From NCBI GenBank assembly GCA_047602745.1, contig JBLKOJ010000006.1, positions 1 through 40,404 of the forward strand: a DNA stretch of 40,404 bases, in the 5' to 3' direction. The position numbers and the translations under genes were made by a program. This document shows positions 18,704 through 29,286 of this stretch, in pieces. Positions within the stretch are counted from its first letter, which is position 1, and each line of letters begins with the position of its first letter. The notes under the pieces were generated by a model. It saw nothing but the letters and a program-made list of their open reading frames with translations. It did not search any database and had not been told where the DNA came from. The DNA comes from Candidatus Woesearchaeota archaeon (lineage in GTDB: Archaea > Nanobdellota > Nanobdellia > Woesearchaeales > UBA583).

Positions 18704-21445
18704 ATGCAAAAATTAGTAAGTATTTTCAAACATAAAATTAATCTTAATACTGCATACTTGTTTGTTATTTGCGTAATTTTATTAAATTTATTTTTACATA
18801 ATACTTATTCTTCTGTTGTTTGTGAAATTGATTTTGCTCAAGTTGAATATACTGTCGTTTCTGGAGATTATATTTATGTTCTAGAGGAGACAGGTCAACG
18901 AGTAATTAAAAATAATCTCTCATCCCATCCTTTAAATATAATAATTTCTCAACCTACTAGCGAGTCTAATTGTCATACGCAAGAAGATATAGTACTAGTA
19001 TCATCGGGGACAGTGTCATTTCCAAAAGATTTTTCTATCCAAACTGTTGATGAAGATAATTATTTGGCAAATTGGATATTTGAAATTCCTGAAGATGAAG
19101 TTTTTACAAGTGATATCTCATTTAAATTTAGTAGCTATGAAGAACGTCAGGAAAGTGATGTATTATCTCTAAGGGTGGACACTCAAAATCCTTCAATTAA
19201 CTTTGAAAATGTTAAACGAAATAACGATTTGATAGACCTAGAAAATCCGGTTAGACAATCTCAATTAAAATCAGGCGATATAATCACAATTAAATTTAAT
19301 ATTTTAGATGATATCTCTGTAAATTCATTTCAAATTCGTTCTATACAAGGAGGGCAATTAGTATCAAATATATCCCAATATAACTCTATAGATAATATGG
19401 ACTTATTTGTTGAAATGATTCTAGAAGATTCTCCTTTAAATTTTGAAGTTGTAGCATTTGATGAATTTGGTTCATTTGAAACTCAACAATTTTCAATTCA
19501 TTTTGATTCATTTGACCCCGTGATTTCATCTCTTGATATTACTGCTTTAGAAGTAACTAATGATTTAAAACACATTATATCTGGTGAAATAACAATTCGA
19601 GATGATTTTGAAATTGTTAGTAATGCTGTGACTTTAGTTTCAAGACTTGAAGATTTAATTCTAAATTATGAAATTTACTCTTGTTCAACTCAGGATAGTG
19701 AAGATGTGTTAAAAACTACAACTTGCTTATTTAGGAGTCAACCAGTACATGTAGATTCTACATTTCAAACAAATTTTTCAGTGAGAGTTTTTGACATAGT
19801 TAGAAATGAAGTTGTTACAAATTTCACAAAGACTATTGAAATTGAGAACCAAGGTCCAGAAATTCATAATTTTGAACTATTAAATCCTATAAATAGGTCA
19901 AATATTTTATCTTCTTTTAACAATGAAAATTCAAAGATAATTTTGGAGTATTCAAATAATTTACCTTCTTTGTATATAGATTCAAATTCTAATAATCCTC
20001 AAAGAGTGAGAATTCAAACTAATTTTCAACCTTTTTCAAATATGCCTTCTCCTGATTGTGAACAAGTTGAGATTAGAACTAATAGGAAAAGGTGTGTTTG
20101 GGAAGTAGAACCTCAATATGTTGCGGGATTTCAAGAGTTCAATATCTCAGTTGTTCTTACTGATATAGCTGGGAATAGTAACACAGAAGAAATTTCAATA
20201 ACTGTTAACAACAAAGTTCCTAAAATTACTAATTTAAGAATTGTTGAGAGGGGGAATGAAAGAAACTCGATTTTAGAATCTTATGAAAGAGTTAGAATTG
20301 AATTTTTTGTAAGGGAAGTTGGTTTAGAAGATGAATTTGAGGTTAAAATTGATGGGTCAAATATTATTTTTAGAGAGTCGCCAGAGGCTATAAATTTTGT
20401 TTGTCAATATGTACAACAAAGTGAGCTGGGAGAAGATGGTCAAATTTGTTTCTCTGATGAGTTTGAATTAAATAGAGGATTTGAAGGGGACAGAACTGAA
20501 GATTTAAGAATAATAGTAACCAATTATGCAGGAAATAGGGATGTAGCTACAAAAGAAGTAAAAATTTTTAAAATTCATGAGGGAGAAGCAATAGATTACT
20601 TTGATTTGGATTTTGTGGAGCTTTTAACACCTCTTAACAGAAGAGTGGTTCAGCAACAAGGAATGGATGTATATCATTTTTTCAGATTAAAACCCAAAAA
20701 TAGTAATCAAGAGTTTAGAATTGTAAGTGTTCAATTAATGGGGATGGGCACTTCTTTAGAAGATAATAATGAAGATGTAAGATTAAGTTCTTTTGAACTT
20801 CAAAATGAAAATTCTCAAGGAATTGTGGCAGGAGATAATCGAGATTTTTTTTTAAAATCATTTATGCCTAGATTACTCTCAGCACATGAAATGCAAGGAA
20901 GAACACATTCGACAGTTGTTTTGTCAATCGTTAAAACTGATATTGATACTATATATAAAGACGAGAATGTCACAATTAGACTTCCAATTGAATTTTATGA
21001 TCTGCCTAGAGATTTAAATTCAAATATTGCACTGGCTCAAAAAATTTTAGGAGATATTGAAGGAGTGAATGAAAATATAAGAAAGGGAAAAAGTCTTTAT
21101 GATTATTATATGATGTATTATAATATTTGTAGTGTGTATAGTGGAATTTCAGGAGCGATACAATCACTCTCTCTTTCATGGAAAACTATTAGTTTAGCAC
21201 TTAGTTCAATGGCACCAGGAATGTTTGCATCTACTGATAATGCAGTTGGAAATACTGGTAAAGTAAATTCTATGCTTAGAAATATAAATAATGTAATGGG
21301 TAAGATATGTATGCTTGCATCTTGTGACTTTTCTCAAAATTTAATGGGTAATGCTCTTAATTCAATTTCAGGAGATTTAAGAGTGGGTGATTATTTAACA
21401 GGACAACGTTCTTTTTTAGGAAATATGTTGTGTAGGCCTGAGTAA
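18704..21445 (+). CDS. Large secreted protein with tandem Ig-like beta-sandwich repeats and a C-terminal Cys-containing helical region
   Basis: Signal peptide; repeat junctions DTQNPSI, DSFDPVI, ENQGPEI, NNKVPKI; TDIAGN/TNYAGN turns. Confidence 0.7.
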   Translation: MQKLVSIFKHKINLNTAYLFVICVILLNLFLHNTYSSVVCEIDFAQVEYTVVSGDYIYVLEETGQRVIKNNLSSHPLNIIISQPTSESNCHTQEDIVLVSSGTVSFPKDFSIQTVDEDNYLANWIFEIPEDEVFTSDISFKFSSYEERQESDVLSLRVDTQNPSINFENVKRNNDLIDLENPVRQSQLKSGDIITIKFNILDDISVNSFQIRSIQGGQLVSNISQYNSIDNMDLFVEMILEDSPLNFEVVAFDEFGSFETQQFSIHFDSFDPVISSLDITALEVTNDLKHIISGEITIRDDFEIVSNAVTLVSRLEDLILNYEIYSCSTQDSEDVLKTTTCLFRSQPVHVDSTFQTNFSVRVFDIVRNEVVTNFTKTIEIENQGPEIHNFELLNPINRSNILSSFNNENSKIILEYSNNLPSLYIDSNSNNPQRVRIQTNFQPFSNMPSPDCEQVEIRTNRKRCVWEVEPQYVAGFQEFNISVVLTDIAGNSNTEEISITVNNKVPKITNLRIVERGNERNSILESYERVRIEFFVREVGLEDEFEVKIDGSNIIFRESPEAINFVCQYVQQSELGEDGQICFSDEFELNRGFEGDRTEDLRIIVTNYAGNRDVATKEVKIFKIHEGEAIDYFDLDFVELLTPLNRRVVQQQGMDVYHFFRLKPKNSNQEFRIVSVQLMGMGTSLEDNNEDVRLSSFELQNENSQGIVAGDNRDFFLKSFMPRLLSAHEMQGRTHSTVVLSIVKTDIDTIYKDENVTIRLPIEFYDLPRDLNSNIALAQKILGDIEGVNENIRKGKSLYDYYMMYYNICSVYSGISGAIQSLSLSWKTISLALSSMAPGMFASTDNAVGNTGKVNSMLRNINNVMGKICMLASCDFSQNLMGNALNSISGDLRVGDYLTGQRSFLGNMLCRPE

Positions 21446-21465
21446 GTAAAGAGGAAAATATAAAA

Positions 21466-22167
21466 ATGATATATAAAAATATAATAACTATGAGTATGAA
21501 ATTTTTGAATTATTTTTTTATCTTGAGTTTGATTTTTTTGTCTTTTTCTTTTGTCTATGCAGATTTAGGTTCTCAGAATGTAGGTAATTCAATTACAGTC
21601 TCAGAATGTCAAGGATTGTTCGCAGCAGGATTTGACCCTCATGATAATTTAAAATCTTCAATTATGGGTCTTTGTTTATCGGGAATTATAGTTAACCTAA
21701 ATAAATTAGAACAAAATCAATGTGAGAAAATAATTTGTGAGTATAATGCTGCAAGACAAGGACTCTCTCCTATTGCCTGTGCTAAACAAAGTGCTTTTAA
21801 TACATGTATGATTAAAGGAGGGGGATTTGAAATCGTTGAGGGTATTTTAATTGGAGCTTTAAGACGTAATATCCGCCAAGTTTTAGAAGACCCTATTGCA
21901 TTTGGAATTTCTAGAATTCAAGATGCTTTAAAACAACAAGTAGCCACATGTCCAAGAGGTGTATGTACCTCACCAGGATCTAAGGCTGCTTCAATTGCTT
22001 TAGCAGTATTAGAACTTCCGCATGTGGTAGAAACTGTTGAACACTTAATTAAACAATTAAAGTCTTTAGGTTCGATTTTTGATGATAGTGCTTGTGAGCA
22101 ACTTGAGGATATCAAAAAAGAATTAGAACAATTAATTGAGGAGTATGAATTTCAATCTCAAAGGTAA
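21466..22167 (+). CDS. Secreted Cys-rich helical protein, homologous to an internal domain of the 1671-aa protein
   Basis: Signal peptide ending SFVYA; DPHDNLKSSIMGLCLSGIIVNLNKL; nine Cys. Confidence 0.7.
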   Translation: MIYKNIITMSMKFLNYFFILSLIFLSFSFVYADLGSQNVGNSITVSECQGLFAAGFDPHDNLKSSIMGLCLSGIIVNLNKLEQNQCEKIICEYNAARQGLSPIACAKQSAFNTCMIKGGGFEIVEGILIGALRRNIRQVLEDPIAFGISRIQDALKQQVATCPRGVCTSPGSKAASIALAVLELPHVVETVEHLIKQLKSLGSIFDDSACEQLEDIKKELEQLIEEYEFQSQR

Positions 22168-22178
22168 TTAAGTTAACA

Positions 22179-23033
22179 ATGGATATAAATATTATTAATG
22201 CTATTTCAAATGCTTCTTTAGTAGATATATTAAAACTTTTTATTGACGCTGATTATTTTGAAATTTTATTTCCATTTTTATTATTGTTTTCTGTGTATTT
22301 TCATGTTATTCAAAAATTTTTGGGTAAAAAAGGTTCAAAAATATTTTCAAAATCTGCAAGCACAATAATTGCTTTAATAGTTTCATTTTATTCTATAGCT
22401 TTTGAGTTTCCAAGTGGATATTCAATTGCCAATTTAATGATGATGTTATTTCCAAATATTTCAGTTATATCAATAGGAATTTTAAGTTTGTATGTAATAG
22501 GTTCAATATTGGGATTTGATTTCTTTAAAAATATGTTTAGAAAAGATTTAAGTGCTTATTTAATATTTTTTTTTGGAGCTTTTGGTTTAGGTTCTGTTAT
22601 ATTTTATGGAGGAATTGTACTTGGACTTTGGGATTTAGATCCTTTTAGTCAGGCTGATTGGATTTCTGTTATAATTATAATTGCTTTTTTGATATTAGGA
22701 GTTGTGTTTTTAATTATTGGTTGGTTTGCTTTAGCTTTATTACTTTTATATGTATCAATTTCTTTTATTTATAATGTTGGGAATGTAGGCATTACTACAC
22801 TTCTATTTGACCCATATTTATTTATTTTAGTCATTTTTATAGGTCTTGCTAGTTGGTTACTTAAAGATAAAACTTCAGAGAAAGAATTAGTGCAAAGCAT
22901 TGAAAATAGTAAATTAACTTTGAAAAATATTGAACAAAATTATGGAGGTTCTGCTCCTCAAAGGGGAGAAGATTTAATTTATGATATAGTTAGTCAAGGA
23001 AACGAATTTAGAAGGAAAAAATTGAGGAAATAA
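22179..23033 (+). CDS. Polytopic membrane protein (about 7 TM)
   Basis: EILFPFLLLFSVYFHVIQK first helix; multiple hydrophobic segments; 11 nt after the upstream stop. Confidence 0.7.
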   Translation: MDINIINAISNASLVDILKLFIDADYFEILFPFLLLFSVYFHVIQKFLGKKGSKIFSKSASTIIALIVSFYSIAFEFPSGYSIANLMMMLFPNISVISIGILSLYVIGSILGFDFFKNMFRKDLSAYLIFFFGAFGLGSVIFYGGIVLGLWDLDPFSQADWISVIIIIAFLILGVVFLIIGWFALALLLLYVSISFIYNVGNVGITTLLFDPYLFILVIFIGLASWLLKDKTSEKELVQSIENSKLTLKNIEQNYGGSAPQRGEDLIYDIVSQGNEFRRKKLRK

Positions 23034-23114
23034 TTTTTATTTATGAAATGAAGTTTTATTTTACTTTAAAGTTGTGTCATAATATTATATATACTTAGTT
23101 CTCATTATTTGAAT

Positions 23115-24743
23115 ATGAATCAAAAAATTGCTTATTTTAGTGCAGAGATAGGATTAAATGAATTAATTAAAACATACTCAGGGGGACTAGGTCTTCTTGC
23201 AGGAGATACGATTAAAGCTTTTGCAGATTTAGAAGTCCCAGCATGTGCGGTAACATTATTGTACAAACAAGGGTATTTCAAACAAAAAATAAATGAGGAG
23301 GGAATTCAAGTTGAACTTGCAGATACTTGGAGATATGAGGATATTTTGACTAAATTACCTAATACCATTAATGTTAATATTTATGGCGAAGATATTACAG
23401 TTAGTGTTTGGATGTACGAGTATGAAGGAGTAACGGGGCATAAAGTTCCTATCTTCTTCTTAGATACTAGTCTTGAAGATAATTCTTATTTTGCAAAATC
23501 ACTCACAGATCATCTATATGTTGGAGATAGAATTGCTCAAGAAATTGTACTAGGAATTGGAGGAGTAAGAATGCTTGAGAGTTTATATCTTCCTATTGAA
23601 TTATACCATATGAATGAGGGTCATAGTGCATTTTTAACACTTGAATTATATAAAAAATATGGTAAAGAGACAGGTAATTGGTGTAATTCTAATGTTATAG
23701 ATAGATGTGTATTTACAACACACACTCCAATTGCTGCTGGCCATGACCATTTTGAATATGAGAAAGTTGAGTATGCTCTTAGTGGAGAAAAAGATATTAT
23801 TCCTTTTCATTTACGTGAATTAGCGGGTGAAGAGATATTTAATACCACTCAACTTGCAATGACTTTATCAAAAGCAACTAATGCGGTTTCACAAAAGCAT
23901 GCTGAAGTGACCCGAGAAATGTTTCCAGGATTTGATGTTCTTGGAATCACTAACGGAGTTCACGCAACTACATGGGCTCATGAAAAAATGGCCCATTTAT
24001 TTGATATGTACTGTCAGGGTTGGAGAGAAGATTCTTCAAATTTAAAAAGTGCTTTTAAAATTCCATCTTCTCAATTATATTCAACTCATCAAGAAATAAA
24101 AAAGGAGTTAATTGATTTTACAAATGAACATTCTATAACACCAGTAAAACTTAAACAAGATGTTCTCACAATTGGATTTGCAAGAAGATTTATTGAGTAT
24201 AAAGATGCTGAGATGATATTTTATAATATGGGTAATTTGATTAAACTTGAAGGAAAAGTTCAATTTATTTTTGCAGGAAAGGCTCATATGCATGATATGC
24301 AAGGAAAGGAAATTATGCAAAGAATCATTAATCATGCAAAAGAATTAAAAGACCATATTTCAATTGCTTTTTTAGAAGATTATAATATAGCAGTTGCTAA
24401 AAAATTAATTCGTGGGTGTGATATGTGGCTAAATACTCCTGTCCCTCCCAATGAAGCTAGTGGTACAAGTGGTATGAAAGCTGCTATTAATGGGTGTATT
24501 CATGTATCCAGAATTGATGGATGGGCCATTGAGAGTTTTAAAATGAATGGGGGAGGATTTCCAATGTATCAATATCATGATTTTATTACAGCTTTAAGAT
24601 ATAAAATTATTCCGATGTATTATAGTGATAATAAAACTTCATGGGTGGAGGAAATGAAGTTAAGTATTGGAAACTCGGGGAGTTATTTTAATACTCATAG
24701 AATGGTTAAAGAGTATTTAGAAAAGTCATATGGGTGGAAGTAA
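23115..24743 (+). CDS. glgP: Alpha-glucan (glycogen/maltodextrin) phosphorylase, short form
   Basis: YSGGLGLLAGD, HMNEGH, FTTHTP, ITNGVH, GFARRF..YK, PLP-lysine motif EASGTSGMKAAING. Confidence 0.95.
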   Translation: MNQKIAYFSAEIGLNELIKTYSGGLGLLAGDTIKAFADLEVPACAVTLLYKQGYFKQKINEEGIQVELADTWRYEDILTKLPNTINVNIYGEDITVSVWMYEYEGVTGHKVPIFFLDTSLEDNSYFAKSLTDHLYVGDRIAQEIVLGIGGVRMLESLYLPIELYHMNEGHSAFLTLELYKKYGKETGNWCNSNVIDRCVFTTHTPIAAGHDHFEYEKVEYALSGEKDIIPFHLRELAGEEIFNTTQLAMTLSKATNAVSQKHAEVTREMFPGFDVLGITNGVHATTWAHEKMAHLFDMYCQGWREDSSNLKSAFKIPSSQLYSTHQEIKKELIDFTNEHSITPVKLKQDVLTIGFARRFIEYKDAEMIFYNMGNLIKLEGKVQFIFAGKAHMHDMQGKEIMQRIINHAKELKDHISIAFLEDYNIAVAKKLIRGCDMWLNTPVPPNEASGTSGMKAAINGCIHVSRIDGWAIESFKMNGGGFPMYQYHDFITALRYKIIPMYYSDNKTSWVEEMKLSIGNSGSYFNTHRMVKEYLEKSYGWK

Positions 24744-24819
24744 GTAATAGTAAGAGATAGTTAAAGTATTGAAAATTTCAAACACAAATATTTTTAAATA
24801 AAAATCAACAAAATATTAT

Positions 24820-26367
24820 ATGAGTGACTCTCAAATAAAATCTTTAATTTATAGACTTCATCCTCTTGCTCGAAAAACACTTGTGTATTGTATTGAATTT
24901 AAGGGGGACAAAATTTCATCTCCTCCACAAGAGATTTTAGATGGTGCATATTTACTTGAACAGGATTCTTTAATTTCAATTGAAATTTTAAAAGAAGAGT
25001 ATGTTGAATTAGATACATTAGGACTTAAATTTTTAGAAGAAGAAATGCCGGAATATCAAGTATTAAAAGCATTAAATGAAACTTCTAAAACTCAAAGAGA
25101 ACTTGGAATTTCACAAGAAGTACTTACTTCAGCTTTAGGAGGATTAAAAAAACGTAAATATATTGAAATTTCAAAAAATGTTCAAAACGAACTTGTAATT
25201 ACTCCAACAAAAGAAGCACAAAATTATCTTAATATTTATTCAAATCCTCTTTTATTATTCAAAGAGAAAAAACAGGTTAATAGTTTAAATATTCAAGAGC
25301 AAAAAGTATATCATGAGCTTCAAAAAAAAAAAGGATTTTTAAGTTTAAAAAGAGAGAGTACGGTCCAACTTTCACTTACTAGCTTAGGAAAAGAAGTAGC
25401 TAAAGAATTAGTATCTACGTTTAAAGATTTAGATTTAGTTGATATTGTCACTTCAGAGATACTTAAAAAGAAAGATTTTAAAAAAATAGAATTTAGACAT
25501 TATGATATATCAATTCCAACCTCAATTAAAAATATTGGAAGATTACATCCTATGCATGAGGCAAATGATATTTTAACTCAAGTATTTGTCGAATTAGGTT
25601 TTAAAGAAATGGAAGGACCAATTGTGGAGAGTGAGTTTTGGTGTTTTGATACACTTTGGATTCCTCAAGATCATCCTGCAAGAGAAGACCAAGACACATT
25701 TTACATTGGAGATGAGGCAGATGTTGATAAGGACTTACTGGAAAAAGTAAAAGAGATGCATGAGAGAGGGATTGATGAAACACATACACAAGAAGGAGAT
25801 TTTAAGAAGAGTGTCACAAGAAATACGATACTTAGAACCCACTCTACAGCTACTACGTTTAGAACATTATATGATTTAGGTAAAAAAGTACAACAAGGAG
25901 AGAATATTGATGGGAAATATTTTTATGTGGCTCATAATTTTAGAAATGAAGCAGTTGATGCAACACATTTAGCGGAGTTTTTTCAAGTTGAAGGGATTTT
26001 AATTCAAGATGATTTATCTCTAGCAGGACTTATTGGATTTATGAAAGAGTTTTATGGAAAATTTGGACTTCATAATTTAAAATTTAAACCAACATTTAAT
26101 CCATATACAGAACCTAGTATGGAAATTCACTATTTTGATGATACAATGAATAAGTGGTATTCAATTGGAAATTCAGGAATTTTTAGACCTGAGTCGTTAA
26201 AAGCATTTGGCCTTGAAAATAAAAGAATATATGGATTTGGACTTGGAGCGAGTAGAATTGCTGCATTACTAACAGGAAGAAATAATATGAGAGAAATTAC
26301 AGGTGCCACATGTGATCTAACTTGGATTGAAAATCATCAACGATTAAGTAGAAATATTTTAAGATAG
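24820..26367 (+). CDS. pheS: Phenylalanine--tRNA ligase alpha subunit, archaeal long form
   Basis: GRLHP, FDTLWIPQDHPARE.QDTFY, LRTHST, FRNEAVDATHLAEFFQVEG, FNPYTEPS, GNSGIFRPE. Confidence 0.96.
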   Translation: MSDSQIKSLIYRLHPLARKTLVYCIEFKGDKISSPPQEILDGAYLLEQDSLISIEILKEEYVELDTLGLKFLEEEMPEYQVLKALNETSKTQRELGISQEVLTSALGGLKKRKYIEISKNVQNELVITPTKEAQNYLNIYSNPLLLFKEKKQVNSLNIQEQKVYHELQKKKGFLSLKRESTVQLSLTSLGKEVAKELVSTFKDLDLVDIVTSEILKKKDFKKIEFRHYDISIPTSIKNIGRLHPMHEANDILTQVFVELGFKEMEGPIVESEFWCFDTLWIPQDHPAREDQDTFYIGDEADVDKDLLEKVKEMHERGIDETHTQEGDFKKSVTRNTILRTHSTATTFRTLYDLGKKVQQGENIDGKYFYVAHNFRNEAVDATHLAEFFQVEGILIQDDLSLAGLIGFMKEFYGKFGLHNLKFKPTFNPYTEPSMEIHYFDDTMNKWYSIGNSGIFRPESLKAFGLENKRIYGFGLGASRIAALLTGRNNMREITGATCDLTWIENHQRLSRNILR

Positions 26368-26447
26368 ATTGTTATTCTAAAATTTATTTGAGATTTTCAT
26401 ATATTCTTAATAAAATTTAGATTTTTTTAATTATGCTAAAATTTCTA

Positions 26448-27992
26448 TTAAGATTTTTCTTTAATTGCGTGTAAGAGTTCTTCAAAATAATATTCACTAT
26501 TTTTAATTCTCCTAAGAATGCCATCAAATCCTTCATTTCCTGCTGTGTAAATTAGGATAGTTCCTTCTGAGAATACTCTTTGTAAATATAATGGTCTATA
26601 AAGTGATATATATTTAATATTTGAGATATAAATCTCACTTCTTGCAATATTGAAAACTCCTTTTTGAATAATAATTTTATTATAATATAATTCATAATTA
26701 AAGTTGTTCCATGCAATGAATCTATATATTAAAAATAAGATATATAAAAAAATATATACTGAACTTCCAATAACAATTATTGTATTAAATTCTTGAAGAT
26801 AAGGAATATCAATTAATAAGTATAATATAAATATTTTTATGAAAAATGAGATTGGTATAATTGGTTGTACAATATATGAAAGACCTGGTTTTAATTCAAA
26901 TAATGGTTTATTAGTATCTAGTTTCATATTAATTTCACTAATTTTTTCTTTAGAGAGTCTATTTTTGGGATCTTTAACAAGAGATGATATTGTGGGGATT
27001 ATAAGGGAGTTATTATCTAAAAACCAAAATTGGGGGTCTTTATTTCCACCGGTGTAAATAACACAACTACTTACTTTAAACAATGTGTAGGAGATGAGAT
27101 TTTTGTACTCAGAACTATTGGTTATTTTTCTATATGGAGTTAATTTTTCTGAATTTTTTAGAATATAAGAGTATTCAATATGGGCCGACTCTTCATATAG
27201 TTTGAAATTAGTTTTTTTAAGTTTAAGAAATTCTATAAACTTGCCACTTATTATTAAGAAAAATATCAATACTAAAGATAATGGAATTAAGCTCATTGTA
27301 GGTGAAAATGTATGCCCTATGACAATACTACTAATAATTAATAATAATGTTGCAATCAAATTTAAAAAAATTGAAACTTGAATAGGTTTTGTGTTTGGCT
27401 TTTCTAGAATTTGAATAGTATTATATGAAATATTCATTCGACTACAAATTTCATTAAATACTTCATCTCCTTTTTTAATATGTTTAAATATTGGTAAGAT
27501 TGGTTGCCTATTATTACTTTGTCCAGTATTTTGTACTCCTACTCCTCCAAATATATTAAATTCAACGCTATGCAAATTAAATATTTTTTGAATAATGGTC
27601 TGACTTCTCTCAAGACTAGTTATCTGGTCTATACGATAAACTTTAGAAGTTTTTGAAATAAATTCTTTAGTGATAATTAGCTCGTTTTTATTAGTTATAG
27701 TATATTTTGTCACATATAAATCAATTATTGAAGCAATTACTCCAACAATACTAATAAAAATGATGTATCCTAACACAGAAGCAGTTGCTGTTAAAATTGT
27801 GTAATTTTCAAAAATAGTTGACAATATTAAAGCTATTAGACATACTAAAATAAAACTAATTGTCGCAATACCAATATTAAAAAATAATGGTCTTAAACTT
27901 GGTTTTAAAATAATGTTCTTCTTTTCATTTTTAGAATCTTCATTTATTTGGGAGATATTATTAATATGGTAGTCATTATTATTCATGCCCAT
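26448..27992 (-). CDS. Membrane protein with three bacterial PH (bPH_2, YdbS/YdbT-like) units
   Basis: Three repeats of KP + 2 TM + Y.I....I...G + I..I + G.I.I.TAG; ATG at 27992 follows the upstream stop. Confidence 0.75.
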   Translation of the reverse strand: MGMNNNDYHINNISQINEDSKNEKKNIILKPSLRPLFFNIGIATISFILVCLIALILSTIFENYTILTATASVLGYIIFISIVGVIASIIDLYVTKYTITNKNELIITKEFISKTSKVYRIDQITSLERSQTIIQKIFNLHSVEFNIFGGVGVQNTGQSNNRQPILPIFKHIKKGDEVFNEICSRMNISYNTIQILEKPNTKPIQVSIFLNLIATLLLIISSIVIGHTFSPTMSLIPLSLVLIFFLIISGKFIEFLKLKKTNFKLYEESAHIEYSYILKNSEKLTPYRKITNSSEYKNLISYTLFKVSSCVIYTGGNKDPQFWFLDNNSLIIPTISSLVKDPKNRLSKEKISEINMKLDTNKPLFELKPGLSYIVQPIIPISFFIKIFILYLLIDIPYLQEFNTIIVIGSSVYIFLYILFLIYRFIAWNNFNYELYYNKIIIQKGVFNIARSEIYISNIKYISLYRPLYLQRVFSEGTILIYTAGNEGFDGILRRIKNSEYYFEELLHAIKEKS

Positions 27993-27994
27993 AT

Positions 27995-29086
27995 TCAATT
28001 TTCACCCGCCTCTTGAAGAATTTCTAAAATCCTTTTATTTATATCTTCTCCATTTTTTACATACTTAATTGAAATTACAGAGTTATGTGATCCTGCAGTT
28101 TCAATATTAATTGTGTATACATTAAAAAACCTCTCAATAATTCCTTGATAAGAATTTGAATTAGTAATTCTTTCATAAGGTATTGTATGCTTAATTATAT
28201 TAAAAAAACCATCATAATATTCCACTTTGTTAGGGAAAAAATAGTAAGTTATTTGAGAGTATCTCTTTTTTAGAAGCACATAAATTCCAATCATTAGACC
28301 AATACTAACGCCTATTATTGTAATCCCTACTCCTACAACAAGTAAGGGTCTTTGAGAGGTGATTAAAAGACTAATAAAACTAATTAAGGCAAATGTTCCA
28401 AAAGTAAGTATAAATATTATTGCTCCAACTAGAAATTGAAAAAAATTTATTAATATTGCACTTTTGATATCAGGTTTAATTATGAGAAGTTTTGTTTGTA
28501 AATCTTGAGATTTCACATCTGCTTGAATATCTGTCTCTATTTTTTTAGAAGAAGTTATATCATTATGATATCTTGTTTCTTTTTTATGATGTTGTATAAA
28601 AGAGTTTAGTATTTCATATTGTTTTTGATAGGAGTTAATATAGTTAAACGAAATATCAACACTTGAACTTCCACTAGTATAAATATTTAGAGTTCCAGTT
28701 TTAAAGTTTTTATCAAGTATAAAACTTTCAAAAGAATCAATGTTAGTAATTTGGTATGTTGGTATAATTATTTTTTCAATATTAAAAAAATTATTAGTAT
28801 ATGTAACTACATCTTTTGAAATCGTATAAGTGGTATTTTTTAAACGTATAATATCAAATATAAGTTTAGAAATGATAAGTAGTAATAATGTTACGTATAT
28901 TGATATTGTAATTAAGATTTGAAATTTATTATTTAAACCAATTAAAAGGGTTGTGAAAAAAACTGAAATAATGAGAACTAAGATAATTATAATTGGCACA
29001 ATAATGCTAGAAAAAGCTCCTCTTAACACATTTGGTTTTAAAACTATGGTTTGTTCTCCCATTATTCCATTAGTATTTGAGTTCAT
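27995..29086 (-). CDS. Membrane protein with two bacterial PH (bPH_2) units
   Basis: IPTYQITNID..GTLNIYTSGS and IPYERITNSNSYQGIIERFFNVYTINIETAGS, each preceded by LKP/IKP + TM hairpin. Confidence 0.8.
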   Translation of the reverse strand: MNSNTNGIMGEQTIVLKPNVLRGAFSSIIVPIIIILVLIISVFFTTLLIGLNNKFQILITISIYVTLLLLIISKLIFDIIRLKNTTYTISKDVVTYTNNFFNIEKIIIPTYQITNIDSFESFILDKNFKTGTLNIYTSGSSSVDISFNYINSYQKQYEILNSFIQHHKKETRYHNDITSSKKIETDIQADVKSQDLQTKLLIIKPDIKSAILINFFQFLVGAIIFILTFGTFALISFISLLITSQRPLLVVGVGITIIGVSIGLMIGIYVLLKKRYSQITYYFFPNKVEYYDGFFNIIKHTIPYERITNSNSYQGIIERFFNVYTINIETAGSHNSVISIKYVKNGEDINKRILEILQEAGEN

Positions 29087-29286
29087 TTTATTTAGTATAG
29101 TAATTCAAATTACTGATAATTATATTTATTAATAATTTTTAACTTGGCTGTTATTTAAATATATGTTTTATATTACTAATTAATTAATTAAACTTTTATT
29201 TAATCTTGTGTATATTTTTAATGTATTTTTATTTTTACTAATAAATTAAACTATATTTTTTTAAATAGAATTAATCTTAATTTAAT

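Noticed and set aside
21420-21570. Sequencing error or frameshift joining the 913-aa and 233-aa ORFs
   Set aside because: The downstream ORF has its own AAAAATG start and a complete signal peptide, which would not sit inside a fused protein
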